From: Eledone cirrhosa
Lineage: Eukaryota
Assembly: GCA_964016885.1 (NCBI GenBank)
Contig: OZ024741.1
Location: forward strand, 146,568,001-146,632,000
Direction of reading: 5' to 3'
DNA length: 64,000 bases
Made by a program: the position numbers and the translations under genes
Notes under the pieces: generated by a model
The model's database searches: none
What the model was told of the DNA's origin: nothing
The model's input: only the letters and a program-made list of their open reading frames with translations
Shown: one piece after another, positions 24,601 through 38,955 of the stretch
How the letters are laid out: each line of letters starts with the position of its first letter
Position numbering within the stretch: position 1 is the first letter of the stretch

Positions 24601-25092
24601 AATTTTTCCATCAACATGTTTATTATTAAAAACTACCACAGATAAGAAGAAAAACAAAGAAATTAATAACTTGCATGATATTTACATAGTATTTCCTCTA
24701 TGAGAGAGAGGGGTGTTGGTGATAAAACAGAAAAAGGTTAACATCTAAGGTATTTCACAACATGGGTAAAATTTAGTAAATCTTTGTGAATCTTGGCAAT
24801 ATTTCCAATGTAATTGAATTTCAGAATTTTGTGAAAACTAAGATAAAACAAAGATAAAACAAATCTGATATTAAATTATATTAATAGTTAAAATCTGTGT
24901 CTACACAACTAAAGCTTGACACAGCAATTCATGAGGCCAAATATATTATAGGAAACAAGACATTTTAATTCTATAGTTAAGCTGCTGTAGATATATGAAA
25001 GACAAGACAAAAGTCATAAGATTAAAATTGTTGTGTTCAGTTATCTTCTAATAATAATATATGTATTTATTAAGTGTCTCTGTGTATGAGAT

Positions 25093-25626
25093 TATCATCA
25101 TCATCATCATCATCGTTTAACGTCCATCTTTCATGCTTGCATGGGTTTGGATGGGAATTTTCCCACTTGAGGCAAGATTGGTTGTCTTGCTCATATAGGA
25201 CTGTCTGGCGAGTTTTCTACAGCTGGATGCCCTTCCTAACACCAACCACATTTACAGTGTGGACTGGGAGGTTTTTACCGTGTTACCTACATGGCCACAT
25301 TACAGCATGGACTGTGTGTTTTTTTGTCGTGACACCTACACAACCTCATTTGTTTCGGACTGGATGTTGTGGTACCAACATAACTTTACATTGAAAGGGT
25401 GGTGTGGATGGAGTGGGTGTAATGGGACGGGGTGTATTTTTGTTAGAGGTGCCTACTGACTGTAGGTTTCGCTTTGTACTTAGGCAAGGCGGGTCTTCTG
25501 TATTACTGTGTAGCGCCAAAGATCTCGGTCCAGTGACATTGTCTTGGAGAGGTGTGTGTGAGGTCAGAATTTATCAAGTCGTCCCAGGTTTTTCTGGGTC
25601 TGCCTACTCCGTGGCTATCGTCTATT
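25093..25626 (-). mobile_element. RTE LINE 3' fragment
   Basis: Homologous to 8447-8965, including the GRPRKTWD coding end; (CAT)n on the + strand. Confidence 0.92.
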
Positions 25627-25681
25627 TATATCGTGTAATTATATACATACACACGCACACACACACACACACACATATATA

Positions 25682-25815
25682 CCATATTTCCCGGCGCCGA
25701 AGACACTTCATCTTTGAAAAAAAATAATAAACAACATTCAGCCGCCAGGACACATGGTAGATTTTTGAGACTTATTCTAGGAAAAAAGTACCATCTTTGA
25801 TGCCAGGAAATACAG
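25682..25815. mobile_element. 134-bp Tc2/pogo-like MITE
   Basis: TA-CCATATTTCCCGGCG ... TGCCAGGAAATACAG-TA; TIR mismatches are at CpG sites of a CCGTATTTCCCGGCG consensus. Confidence 0.85.
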
Positions 25816-25830
25816 TATATATATATGTGC

Positions 25831-25900
<70 letters not shown>

Positions 25901-26309
25901 TATATATTATATATTTATATATATAATATATATATGTAAATGGGAAACAGATAAAACGAAAATAACAAACCAAACGGCACAGTATATGGAAGAAATATAT
26001 TAGTTTAATGCTTGATATATCTATATATATTGTGTGTCTGTGTATGTGTATTTTAAACTTTTTTCTTCTTTTTTAAATTCACTTTATTTCATTTTCTTTT
26101 TTCTGTTTATATATATTGTATATTATTATCCCACCGAGGTTAACTTTGCCTTTCATCCTTACGGGGGTCGATAAAATAAAGTACCAGTAATACACTGGGT
26201 TAATTGCTGGCCTTGTGCCAAAAGTAGAAACAATTATTATTCTATTATATATTTTATAACATTGATATAACACCATGTCTCTAATAAGATGATACAATCA
26301 GTAATATGT

Positions 26310-29300
26310 GACTCATTGGGTTGACTAGATTTTATAGCTTGGTTATGGCAACTTGTCTAGGAGTTGGTATGCTCTGAAAAAAACCATGAAAAACCTGAAG
26401 TTCTTGTTTTTTTTCATTCTATATATCACACTAATGAAATCGTATGAGGTCTTGAAGTGGAGGTAGTTTTGAACAAGCTATGTCCAATCAAAATATGCTC
26501 AACTACTTGTACACTACAAGCTCAGTTAACATCAGCTGTATGGTTGGCAGTAACCTTAAAATGCACTTTAAACATATTTGAAATGTCTGAAACAGTATTA
26601 ATAAATGGCAATAAGGACTTGGGAATGTAATGTGAACAGGTCTAGTTCGACACATGCCCCAGTGGCCTGCAGGCTGGGCCTAGTTGTTATCCTACTGTGG
26701 TCAATCGACAACACAAAAGATTAAACACACTATGAAACTTGCTTGGAATGTGCATATTCTGGTGGATGACAGTTTGACTCAGACACCAGAGAGACAAATG
26801 GCATTAATCACTCATAAATGGAAAAAAGTTTAATTGGAGGCATGTCTACATGGAGATGGTCAGCTTAATGAAAGTGGATTTGGTTTCACTTTCTTTTGAA
26901 AAGGTGTAGCAGAAGGTCAAAAGAGAGAATTAGCTGTTGAAAATTCTCTCATCTGATCTTTTGAAAATGATTCCAGTGGTTCATCAGAATGCATTATATC
27001 ATGTCATCTGCATTTGAAAAAAGAAAGATACCTTACAATAAGTGTTTACACTCCTACAATGTAACACCTAGAAGAATCTATTAAATAATTCTACAATGAA
27101 CTTGGAGAATGAGTGAGATATGTGCCAACTGTTGACAAGCTGGTAATAATGGCTGACTTCAACTTGAGGGTTGGATCTGATTTCATACCATGGCCTGTCT
27201 TAGGTAGAGATGGCATAGGAAAATGCAATTGAAATGGTGTTTTACTCCTCACGCTTTGCACTGAACACCAACTTGTAATAACAAATACTTTCTTTTAGCA
27301 GAAAGATAAATTTAAGATAACTTGGGTTCACTCAAATTCTAAGGATTGGCATCTTATTAATTATATTTTAGTTTTAAAATGTAATGTAAAAGATGTATAT
27401 CTAGCTCAATGAAATGAGCAGATTGTTGAACTGATCCTCAACTAGCCAGGGCCAAACTCAATTTAACTATAACACCAAAAGCTAGACATTCTCTGATTAA
27501 AGTACTAAAAAAATTTATTGTGGCGAATTTCAAGTCTTTTACGGCTATCCAGAATGTTCGTATTGCATTAGATATCACTCTTGACACAAGCAATCTTTGG
27601 GAAAATTTAAAGATAAGAGTCTTCCAGCCAGCATCTGCATCAGTTGGTGTGAGATCAAAGAAATCTAAAGACTGGGTTATACATGGCAACCCTGAAATAT
27701 ATGACTTACTTACAGACAAATAATATTTTAGTTAAAAACTTCTTTCTCAATCAATTAATTCTAATTTTGATGACTCTTATAATTGACTAAAATGAAAAGT
27801 GTGAAATGCATCAAGAAATACTAAAGCATTTTTCTCTTACATTAAAGAAATTTATCGCCTGAAATCCCCTTCAAAAGCATCTGTAAGATGTGCAGAAGGA
27901 AGGAGTATATGTAAGATATCGTAGCACAGGAAATGTCTTTAATTTAGCAAGGATGAAATTTAAGAGCAAAGTGTTCATCTCACTAATAAGAGAATTTCTG
28001 TTTGCTGACCTTGTCAGTCATACTGAGCATGGATTGCAATTGTTGATTTCTGCATTTGATTTGGCATGTGATACCTTTAATTTGACTATAAATTTAAAGA
28101 AAATGATAGTTTTTATGTCAACCTGCAGCTGGGAAAGTTGTGCAACAACTTAAAATATATGTGAAAGGTAATTTCATTAAGGTTGTTGAATCCTTCATCA
28201 TCATCGTCATAGACATCATTTAACGTCCATTTTTCATGCTAGCATGGGTAGGACAGACTGACTCTTTGGGAGACATCAGATCAGAGAACCGTGTTTTGCT
28301 CACATAGGGTTGATTTTGGCTTGGTTTCTACAGCTGGATGTTCTTCATAATGCCAACCACATTTATAGTGTGTGCTGGGTGCTATTTGTAGTGGCACCTA
28401 CATGACCACTTCTGTAGTACTGCATAGCACCAGAGGTCGCAGTTCTCTGTCATTGCCTTGGTGAGGTGTAACTGTGTAAGGTCAGCTTTTATATATTGAA
28501 ATAAAGATGGAACATAGGATTCAGAAATATCTCAAAGGATTCAAAAGATAACAAAACCTTTTTGGTAGTTTCGAGTCTCAGATGTGATTACAAAGATATA
28601 TCAAGAATGAAACAAAAATATCTATTTATAGATCCTTTTTATTATCCTCTCTTCTGAAACTTGGACATGCTAAAAATATCTCTTTAGACTCCTGGAATGA
28701 TTCCATAAAAAATACACTATATTCTGAAAATAAAATGGAATTTATTCATTCCTGACTCTGATGTTCTAGCTGCATCTGGTATTTGTTCTAGCCAGGCAAT
28801 AATTTTGAAAAACCAACTGAAGTGGTCTGTACATATTGTCTGCATGGCTGATGAGCATGTTCCTAACCAACCGTTCTATGGGGAATTTGCTCAGGGTAAA
28901 AGAAAACGGAGTAAGCCAAAACATTGTTTCAAGGAGGCATTGGAAGAGAACTTGAAGAATGTAGGAATTGACCCCAGAAGCCTGGAAAGTCCCACAGTGG
29001 ATCACTCTACCTGCCATTCAAAAATATGGGATGGTGGGAAAACCTTTGAGCAAAACAGGCTATTGCAAGTAAATATTGAGAGGAAAAAAACAGTCACTAA
29101 GGAAATATAAAATTAATGGCACTTTTTCTACTTGTATAGTTTGTGGCAAAATCTGTCTATGAGTGGCTGAACTTCAATCTCAGAGAAGAGCATACAGTAG
29201 GGTACTTTCTACTGATTATAAAATATACAAACCAGTTCACCCTTATCAATACCACATATGCCACAAGATCTGCAAATCTCAAGGAGGTTTATAGAGACAT

Positions 29301-29472
29301 TACAAAGTTCATCAAGATACACAGGCAGTTCAAGCTGCACAAAAACTAATGTGTATTTTATGTGGATGGATTTTAAAAGCATGCCTGGTCAAAAAAGTCA
29401 CATAAGATCTTATGCCAGGACTGAGCATCATGTATACTGAAGGGGTCAAGATTTATATTGAGTCAAAAACCA
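26310..29472 (+). mobile_element. Decayed near-full-length RTE LINE (APE, partly deleted RT, C-terminal C2H2-like fingers)
   Basis: APE remnants LAWNV, GFTFF*KG, SVYTPT, MADFNLRVG, LVITNTFF, WHLINYIL; RT remnants GVYVRYRSTGNVFNL..IREFLFAD, QLKWSVHIVCM; interrupted by another RTE/SINE tail at 28195-28490. Confidence 0.9.
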
Positions 29473-30584
29473 GTATATATATATATATATATAATCACCA
29501 TTATAGTTTGCTTATTCATTCTTCCCTTAGTTAGACACATATGCATGCATACACACACACATATATATACATACACACAGATACACAGATATATTATCCA
29601 TTATATTTAAAACCTACACTCTACTTTCATTAAAATATCAAGTACCAAGATGAATAATGTTCTTACTTGTCAGTTAACTGGTAATATTCTATACATTGAA
29701 ATTTGAACTCAGAAGTACATAGAGCCAGAATGAATAATGACTCCACCAATTTGCCATATTAAGTTTAATAGTTTTTTTAACCTTTTCATTTCCGTAAGAA
29801 ATGTTTCCTATTCTAATTAATTAATGAAAAATTTTGGAAGAATGTATTAAAATTATAATTTCATTAAGATGATGTTTGTAACAAAACAGAGTGTCCTTAT
29901 ATGAAATTATGCTTGGAAATTTTAATTTAAGTAGGAATCCTTTAAAAGGGGTGGTTTTGTTTCATAGAAGCAAAAGCGGTTTGGGGCAGGTTGGTATGTA
30001 ATCAACAAAGTTCGATATTTTTTATGCATCAATAATGGAGTGAAACCCATAATAAAAATTCATAATGACTGAAGATTAACAGGTAGCCAGGATCAATTTG
30101 TTGTCATAAACCTCTTCCCCGAAATCAACACATTAACAAATGCCCACAACTAAATTCAAAGTATCGTCAATAAAAAAAAAAAAGCATATACTGTCACTAT
30201 CGTTAAATATTGTAATTAGTCATTAGTTTTTTAGAGCATAAAAATGCATCTGAACTTTAATAGTTATTTTTCTCCTTTTCCTTTTTATTAATCACCACCT
30301 GCTTCATTTAACTTTTAATCCTTTTGTTACCAACCTGCCTCAAACCATTTCTGCTGTTATGGAACAAAGCCACCTATTTTAAACAGTTCCAAATCAAATT
30401 AAAATCCTATGTAATTTTATGTAAAAACCTTTTGTAATGTTAGAAATACTAATGTTAATGATAAAATAATGTTAGTAAATCCCTCCAAATTCTTCAGTAG
30501 TTAATTGAAATACTGTGTATTATATTAGAAATATGGTTTGATAAATGTGAGTGAATCAATTTTAGTACCATTATTTCTAGTTAA

Positions 30585-30983
30585 GGGCAGTGGATTGGCA
30601 GTATCGGTAGAGGATCGGACACCATGCTTTGACGCATTGAGTTACGGCCCTCGCCATTCTGAGTTCAAATCCCGCTGAGGTTAACTTTGCCTTTCATCCT
30701 TACGGGGTCGATAAAATAAAGTACCAGTAATGCACTGGGATAATTGCTGGCCTTGTGCCAAAAGTAGAAACAATTATTTCTAGTTAACTGTGGCGGTGGA
30801 TTGGCAGTATTGGTAGAGGGTCAGACACCATGCTTTGATGCATAGAGTTACAGCCCTTGTCATTCTGAGTTCAAATCCCGCCGAGGTTAACTTTGCCTTC
30901 CATCCTTACGGAGTCAATAAAATAAAGTACCAGTAATACACTGCGTAATTTGGTGGCCTTGTGCCTAACGTAGAAACAATTAT
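30585..30983 (+). mobile_element. Two adjacent full-length family A SINEs
   Basis: First copy has 15-bp TSD ATTATTTCTAGTTAA (30570-30584 and 30773-30787); second copy starts at about 30791. Confidence 0.92.
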
Positions 30984-32189
30984 TAATGTGTACTTCCTAT
31001 TCTGAAAATTATGGGCTGTGATTCGATGGTTTGGGGCTGCTATTTCTATGAGTCCAATCAAATATATAGCAAAGAAGATATGCTAGAAAAGGATTATAAT
31101 TATGAGTGAGCAGGAGGTTCAGTTGACTTAAATAATTGTTTCTACTTTAGGCACAAGGCCAGCAATTAACCAGTGTATTACTGGTACTTTATTTTATCGA
31201 CCCTGTAAGGATGAAAGGCAAAAGGGGAAGAAATGGATTTAGTAATTATGTCCCTCCACATTCTTAGTTTAAATCCTTTAGTCTGACATATAACCTGTCA
31301 AGATATAAGTACCAGCAATACACTGAAATTATTCAATCAACTTCATTCAACTATTACTACCATGGCTTGTATTATAATCATTATGCAAATGAAGGCATGG
31401 CTCAATGGTTAACAAGTTAGCTTTGCACTCATGAGATCCTGAGTCTGAACCCACTGCAAGGAATGCTGGGCAATGTTTTGTATTTACATCAGTTTATGCT
31501 CTGTGTTCAAATCCTTTCCAGATTGATTTTTGTCTTTCATTCTCTTCAGGGTCATCCTCATCATCATTTAATGTTAGCAAAAGTTGACAAGCCATCACAG
31601 ACTAAGTCAGTACTCAAGCAGAGTGACGGATCCCTTGGATAGGCATCTCACTAACATATGCTACCATACTCTACCAAGTCCTTAGACAAACTTGGGATGC
31701 ACATCTTGTTTATGTATGTTTCCAAGCTCTACCAAGGGCATTTTATCATGGCACAAGCACTAGAGAGGTTGTCATGTCTTTGACACAGCTGAATATTCTT
31801 ACAAGTCTGGGGCTGATCTATAAATTTTATCAACACCCACGATCCCAAACTTTATGGCCACATACATATGAAAGTAATTATTATAACCATTATAGTGTCT
31901 TTGTTTTTGTTCTTATGATACTTCCATTATTAAACTAAAGCACGTTTTCAAAATAAAATCACATCTTAATTATAAATTGCTTGTCTGAACATAAAAATGT
32001 CTTGTCAGCAAATTTTGAAATTATTCCTTAATTTAACTGTCACAGAATGTTCCAGAGAAGTCAATATAATTATTCTCTCAATAGACATATACTCAGACAC
32101 GTGCAAACAGATTCACAGTAATACATACACATACATACACATGCACACAAAGACAGATATGCATTCATTCATACACACAACAGCTACAT

Positions 32190-32642
32190 AAATGGACCTC
32201 CATCAGCTTTGACGATGAATATTCCAATTCTTTGATTAATGGTGTAACCTGCTCATGAAGTTAACTTGCAAGTGACTAAGCATTCCACAGATATGTGTGC
32301 CTTTAACATAATTCTCAGGGAGATTCAGCATCACACTGAGTAAAAAAACTGGCCCTTTCAATTACAGATGATTTATATTGTATCGGTGTCAGTGGTTTGG
32401 CATTCTTCAAATGTGTGTCCTTATGGCAATTTTCAGGGAGATTCAGCATGATATTGTGAGATATGGCTGGCCATTTGAATTACAGGTACAGTTGATTCAA
32501 CAGGCTTCCAAACTGTTTCTGTCTACTCAATTTCACTTGCAGCATTAGGCTATGGTAAATGACACTTGTCCAAGATGATACACAGCTAGTTTGAACCCAG
32601 AACTTTAATTGCAAAGAAATTTGTGAACCATTTGGCCATGCT
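32190..32642 (-). mobile_element. CORE-like SINE family C with duplicated body
   Basis: Two AGGGAGATTCAGC...AATTACAG blocks plus CACTTGTCCAAG and a tRNA-like head; same layout at 37195-37645 and 41505-41822 (+). Confidence 0.75.
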
Positions 32643-34029
32643 ATGTCCAGACTGCAGATACATAGTTATAGACAGTCACAGAAAAGTGATGTCTTCTAGA
32701 AGGCTGGAGAATACCATTCCATGAGGAACTGTCTGATGACAATTAATGTAACATTAGTTACACTGTATAGAACAGGTAAATACATTAAATAATACATACA
32801 TAATCACAAAATGATGTCAGTATGATCATGTTAGTGAACTCAACCAATGTAAATTATTAGTTGAGATCTAAGACTGCTTTAACCAATGTGATGTTAAACC
32901 ATTCAAAGTTTTATGTTAGAGGAATCAATCATTTTGTTCTGGAGCCAAATAAATCTCAAATGATGACAGAACATTTCCTTCTGGCTCATTAATTGTTATT
33001 ATGAGAGACAAAATAGTTAATATTACATCAACAATCAGAGACATTTTATTTTAATTTTAAGTATTAAAATTTACAGTGATCAACAGTGCCCTAAAATTTC
33101 ATGTAATGAAATATTAGTTATATTCTATATTGATTTTATGCCATTATTGTTGCTGCTTTTACTGCTACTACTACTGCTTAGGACAGAGTGCTGGCAATAT
33201 TATTAGAAAGTCAGACAAAATGCTTTGTGGTATTTGATCCAAGTCTTTACATTCTGAGGACAACTTTGCCTTCCATCCTCCTAAGTTCAATAAAGTAAAA
33301 TATCAGTCAAGTACTGGAGTCGTTATAATTGATTTCCGTTCAAGCCAAATATTGCTAACCTAGTGCATAAATTAGAAGCCATTATTATAATTATTGCTAT
33401 AATACGATCTGTGCTATCATGTTTCACATAAAAAAAAAACAGTTTGCTTATATCTATGCATCTATCACATTTTAATATGATGCCATAGATAGATGTAGAC
33501 TTATTCGATAGTTTTAAAACCACAATGTAACACTTCATTGCCTTTTGCAGAGCCCACTCTGTCACAAGCATTCAAGCCATGTCTCAGGTTTGAGAATACC
33601 TTCCTTCTCTTTCTACCACCAGTTTCAGAGGCTCTGATAACAGTCATGGAGAATGTTCTTCCCTCCATAACTAAACAGTCAAAACAAAATGCCTAACTTT
33701 CCTCCTGTTGCAACTTTTCATTTTTTTCTTTCTATTAGTGTCAAAAGCATTGATGGAGTACAAATTCCACATCACCATAAAGTATATCCTTTGACTAACC
33801 CTTACCTCTCAGGTGTGCTGTTCTTTCTCTCTTTTACTGCAACTCTAGTGGTCTCAGAAACTGCATAAATCACTACTCCAACCTATCTAATACCTCATTT
33901 ACTCCTGCTCTTACCTTACCCTGCCTTCCTATTTTTAATGGACAGGGAGCAGTGCCCATGGCCTATACAGGCTTCTTGGGGCAGGAGAAACTGATGGCAT
34001 TGATATTCTATTTAAATTGTTACTGGGTC

Positions 34030-34340
34030 ACTCTTTTGGGAAAGAAATGATTAGGGAGGGAATTAGTTCCAGAGGGTTGAACATCTGGCAGAAATAGTTA
34101 GTGTGTGGCTCAAGGGTTGGAAGGATGGGTGAGAAGTGAGTTCCAGAGGACAAAACTAGGTAGTAAAACCTGGCAGTAGTGGTTAATGTGGGGCCTGGAG
34201 GATGGTAGACACAACATGGGTGATGAGAAGAGATGAGTGAGTCTGGAATGTCTGAGTGAAGGTGGTATAAGATGAAGCAGCTCTGAGTAGCAGAAATATT
34301 GTAGTAATAATACCTCACCATCCAGATTGCCCCACTAAAT
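34030..34340 (-). mobile_element. Possible CR1/L2-type LINE 3' relic
   Basis: ORF 34028-34363 (NISATQSCFILYHLHSDIPDSLISSHHP...) loosely resembles CR1 C-termini. Confidence 0.3.
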
Positions 34341-35583
34341 ACTTTCATCAAACTGCAACCCACTGAAATTTCCTACCCACCTACATTTTTTCTGCCTAGA
34401 TATGTTAATAAGTACATCATCCACATTAATTTCACCAATATGGGATGAGGGAGAAGGCGCAGTGTCCAAAGATCAATAACACCCCATCCCTTCTCTCACT
34501 AACTTGTAACAAATAAATAAATAGAACCTTATAGTTGGAATATTAGTAAACTTTAAGAAAAATATCAGTCAGCTTAGTTTATAAACATTATTGCATCTGG
34601 AAAGTATTATATCATTTCTGCATGAATATATTGTATTAAACTTTCTTTTATTTATTATTAACCTATACAGCTTTGATCTTAACATTAACATAGTTGAAAA
34701 AAAAAAAGAAAAAACTTTTTCAATGGCTGGCTGCAAATCAAATCAAATAAAGCAACCCAGAAAATAATCTTATTATTATTATTATTATCTTTTATTATTA
34801 TTATTATTATTTCTTTTATTCTTTGATGTTTTTATCCCTTGATCTATAACAATTGAGGCAATTTATCTTATTGATGTTGCAAAGCTGGTAATCTGTATTT
34901 CATATCTATAAATAGGGACCTTACAAATTCCAAGTTATTTTATCAAAATATTGATTTATAAAATAGACATTTTGCCATGATTTATAAAGGTGAATACAAA
35001 TAAATGACTAATAAATATATAGTATATTTAATAATTATTTATTTTATTGGTTTAAAATTATGCTTTCTAATGGTCAGCAATTTGGTGGGGCTGGGGTAGT
35101 CAATTAAATCAATCCCATTATTTGCCTCATACTTTATTTTATCAACTTCAGATTTGAACTCCGAACAGAGAGCCAGAACAAACACTAAGCAACAGAAAAT
35201 AATGCAAAACAAACTTTATCTGGGTAGAATTTGATTTTATGATAGAAAATAATGAAATGCAATTCTCAAAGGTCCTTGAAGTGATAGATAACACTCCCCA
35301 ACCACCACAGTTGATGGGACTGTCAAACGTTCATTTGAATTTGAAATAATACAATTCAGGTTTCTCATTTATATACGTCTTTATTGTCTTTTACTTTATA
35401 TTCTGCTTACTGATTTATTTTAGAATATACATAGAATTGATGAGGAGTAAGAAATTCCATGAAGAAATCCTTGCTCTATATCATATTGCTTGGATCATAA
35501 TTACTGCTCCACCTTCATTTAGTAGCATCTATTAATATCATGAAATAACGTAGCAGAAAATATCTAAAAACAGGTTTGTTAAT

Positions 35584-35943
35584 CTCGCTATCTTCAATTC
35601 GGTTTCCGTACCAATGCTTACCTATGGTCATGAATCTTGGGTAATGACCAAAAGAATATGATAGTGAATACAAGTGGCCAAAATGGGGTTCCTCTGAAGC
35701 ATCTTTGGAGTAACGTTACCTGATAAAGTGCATAACTCAGAGATCACAGACAAAACCAGCCAACAGGAGACCCAGGGGTAGACTCTGAGCAAGTTGGTTG
35801 GATAACATCATTGAGCTAGGCTGGTCACGCTTGGGGATCCAGCTAGATCAATTGGGTATGGTTCTTTCTGACAGGACCACTGGAAAGAGTGTTTTAGAAC
35901 TCTTCCCCACAAATCTTTTATAAATAAGGGGGTGACGAATAAG
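35584..35943 (+). mobile_element. RTE 3' fragment (second family) with TSD
   Basis: LAIFNSVSVPMLTYGHESWVMT translation; 12-bp TSD AGGTTTGTTAAT. Confidence 0.85.
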
Positions 35944-35977
35944 AGGTTTGTTAATTCAAATGTTTATAGTATCTTAA

Positions 35978-36478
35978 CATCAGTTTTCAGACCAAGTACA
36001 CATTGTACAAATCGCTGGTAGTCTCCACCCTCCTATAAGGGTGTGAGATCTGGACACTTTTGGCAGAAACAGAGAGAAGGATCCAGGCATTTGAGAACAA
36101 ATGCATGAGAAAACTCTTTCGTATTTCCTATTGGGAACATAAAACCAATGTATACGTGCAGAGCAAGGTTAAAAGTTTTGTGTGTCACCAGGAACCTCTC
36201 CTCACCACTGTCAAGAGGAGGAAACTGGCGTGGTTTAGCCACATCAAATGACATGACAGCCTGTGCAAGACCATCATGCAAGGAACTGTTGAAGGTGGAT
36301 CAGGAGGGGGAACCAACGCAAAAAAACTGGTTGGACAATGTCAAAGAATGGACGCAAATGATGACACCAGGTTTGTTGATGACCACTATTGATAGACTAT
36401 TTTGAGTGTGTGCTGCTTCTGCAGTAGGATCCCCCTGATGACTACAAAAGTAAAGGGACTAATGATGATGATGATGAT
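35978..36478 (+). mobile_element. RTE/BovB-like 3' fragment
   Basis: LYKSLVVSTLL*GCEIWTL..ERRIQAFENKCMRKL..RRKLAWFSHI; (GAT)n tail; TATCTTAA duplicated on the flanks. Confidence 0.9.
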
Positions 36479-38763
36479 TATCTTAATTAGTGGACAGGTC
36501 ATTGCAAACAGTTACAAGTAAACAAGACTTTAAATTTCTATATAATTCAATCATAGGGCTTTTTTCTACTTTTCAAGATTGTCTTGAATGAATATGGCAC
36601 AGGATGTTAAGAATTAATCAAGTCAACCCATAGACTGTGTCTTTCATTAGAAATATGATGACAAAAGTGTAAATCATTAACAATCAATCTTTTGTTATAT
36701 TAGTGTAAAGAAAATGACTGAAATGGTAGATATGTACATTACATATAATACAATACTTTAGTTATTTTGTGTTTTTTTTCATCTTAGTTCAGATCTCACA
36801 AGAAATAGATTTACCTTTCATCTCTATGATATGGGCACTTCAAGATTGGCAGAACCCATCCCCTCATCGAGTCTAAATAGTTGATTTCTTCCAAAGTAGG
36901 AAGGTGAGAGAGAAAGAGAGAGAAAGTGTTATAGAGATAAAGTGAAAAAGGGATGCAGAGAAAGAATCTTACTTTGTTGACTTAAAAAAAGGAAGAAAGA
37001 CAAAGTTGAACTCAGAAAGTGCAGAGCTAGAATGTATAATGCAAAACATTCAATCCAACATTCTAATGGCACTGCCAATTCATTGCCTCCATCAATTTAA
37101 CCAGGTTCCAATAATTTTAATTCCTTTGAGACCAAACACAAATGCATCAGATTTAAATTTTTTTTTTTTATGACATAGAGAAGAAAGGATGGAATGGAAT
37201 TCCGTTGGTTTTCAATGATGAATATTCCAGTTATTTGATCAATAGGCTAGTCTGCTGGTAAAATTAACATGAAAGGGACTGAGCATTTCACTTATACATG
37301 TACCTTTAATGTAATTCTCAGGGAGATTCAATGTAACACTGGGTGACAAGATTGGCCATTTGAATTACAGGTACAGTCCATTTTGTATTATACTGTAAGT
37401 GCCTAAATATTCCACAGATATGTATAACCTTAGCGTAATTCTCAGGGAGATTCAGTGTGACAAGATTGGCTCTCTGAATTATAGGTACAGTCCATTGGAT
37501 GGGTTTCCAAACTGTTTCCATCTACCCAATTTCATTCATAAGGCATGGGTTAACCCACAGATATAGTAAATAACATTTGCCCAAGATGTGATACAGTGGG
37601 ATCAAACTAAGGACCGAATGATTGCAAAGAACTTCTTAGCCATTTTGTGGAGTCTCCAAAGTGGGAGGGAGGGAAAGCAGGGTTTATTATCCTGAAACTG
37701 GAGGTCTAGCTTTAATTTTTCCAACAATGTGGTCACTGCTAAAGGTACCCGTATTTTAATAGAAGTATGAAAATAAGATTTTAGGACATTTATGGTTACC
37801 TCCACTTATGGCTATGTTTATGGCAACCCATTAACAGCCCAAGAGAATAGAACTTCTTTGAGCTGAGAATCAATCCCAAGTTTTGAAATTTCACTTATTT
37901 CTATATGTTTCCCTTTCTGCTATATTTCTAAGTAAAAAATCAATAATCGTTTGATATTTAATACTGAGATAGCTGATCTTGCTCATTTAGTTAAAGTGAA
38001 ACAAAGATAAAATATAATCTGCTGTAGTCGAGGCTTGTAAGTCACTTAGAAAGTTTTAATATGCACTATCAGACTGTTTAATGTCAGCGTAAAGGTTAAG
38101 AAATAACTCTTAGTTATCATCTTTCCAGGACAGTTAAATCTATAGTTCTAAGTATTTCATTTCATACTAATTCTGTCACACTCCTTCTGTTATATATATT
38201 GGTCTGTCTGCTTATATATATTAGCATAAAAACTCTATAGAAAACTGATAACATTAGTTACAGCTAGTAGCTTATACTTATTACCAGAATAACTGTACAA
38301 ATGTCTAATAAATTTAGTTAGCTCTATTTGGCAATATTTCACACTAAACATGAGCAGTAGTGTTGTAGCAGAGGCTGTAGAGTATCAGATGAAAGTTTTG
38401 TAATACTTATGATTTCTCTAAGTGTTGTGGATTAGCAAAGTCATTAGAGTTTCGGAAAAATCTGAGTACAAATTCTGCTGAAGTCAACTTTGCCATTCAT
38501 CTTTTCAAGGTCAATAAAATAAAGTATCCATAAAGTATTGGGGTTGATATAACCAATTTACCTTTACCCCAAAATTGTTGCCTTATCCTTCAATAATTTC
38601 AATAATAACTGGTATAAAACCTTCAGGTTAAGTTTTTTGGCTTATCTATTTCTCATCTCTTGGATCAGAATTTTTCTGTCAGATCACTCTCTCTCTCTGA
38701 CGAAGCAATGTTTGTATACCCTATATTTCCTTATGTCTTCTGCATGGTTTCTTGCAGCATTAA

Positions 38764-38955
38764 CCCTTTTGATACCAACCAGCCTAATACTACCTTATTT
38801 TAAAATGTTTCTATTTAAATTAAAATCTTGCATAATTTTATACAAGAACCACATCTTAGTAATGAATGAATTAATAATTTTAGAAAATCTTTCAAAATTC
38901 TTTATTAATTGATTGAAATAGAATGTATTTCATTAGAAATATGGTTATGAAAGGG
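38764..38955. mobile_element. TTAA-flanked piggyBac-like MITE (best copy of a family of about 10)
   Basis: TTAA-CCCTTTTGATACC ... GGTTATGAAAGGG-TTAA; other copies near 7079, 11308, 22805-23035, 29778, 30315, 39930, 45085, 50574-50803. Confidence 0.85.

Noticed and set aside
35423-35451. Micro-exon-like TTTTAG|23 nt|GTAAG (similar candidates near 21060, 50260, 51990)
   Set aside because: No consistent reading frame or recognisable protein; such signals arise by chance in AT-rich DNA
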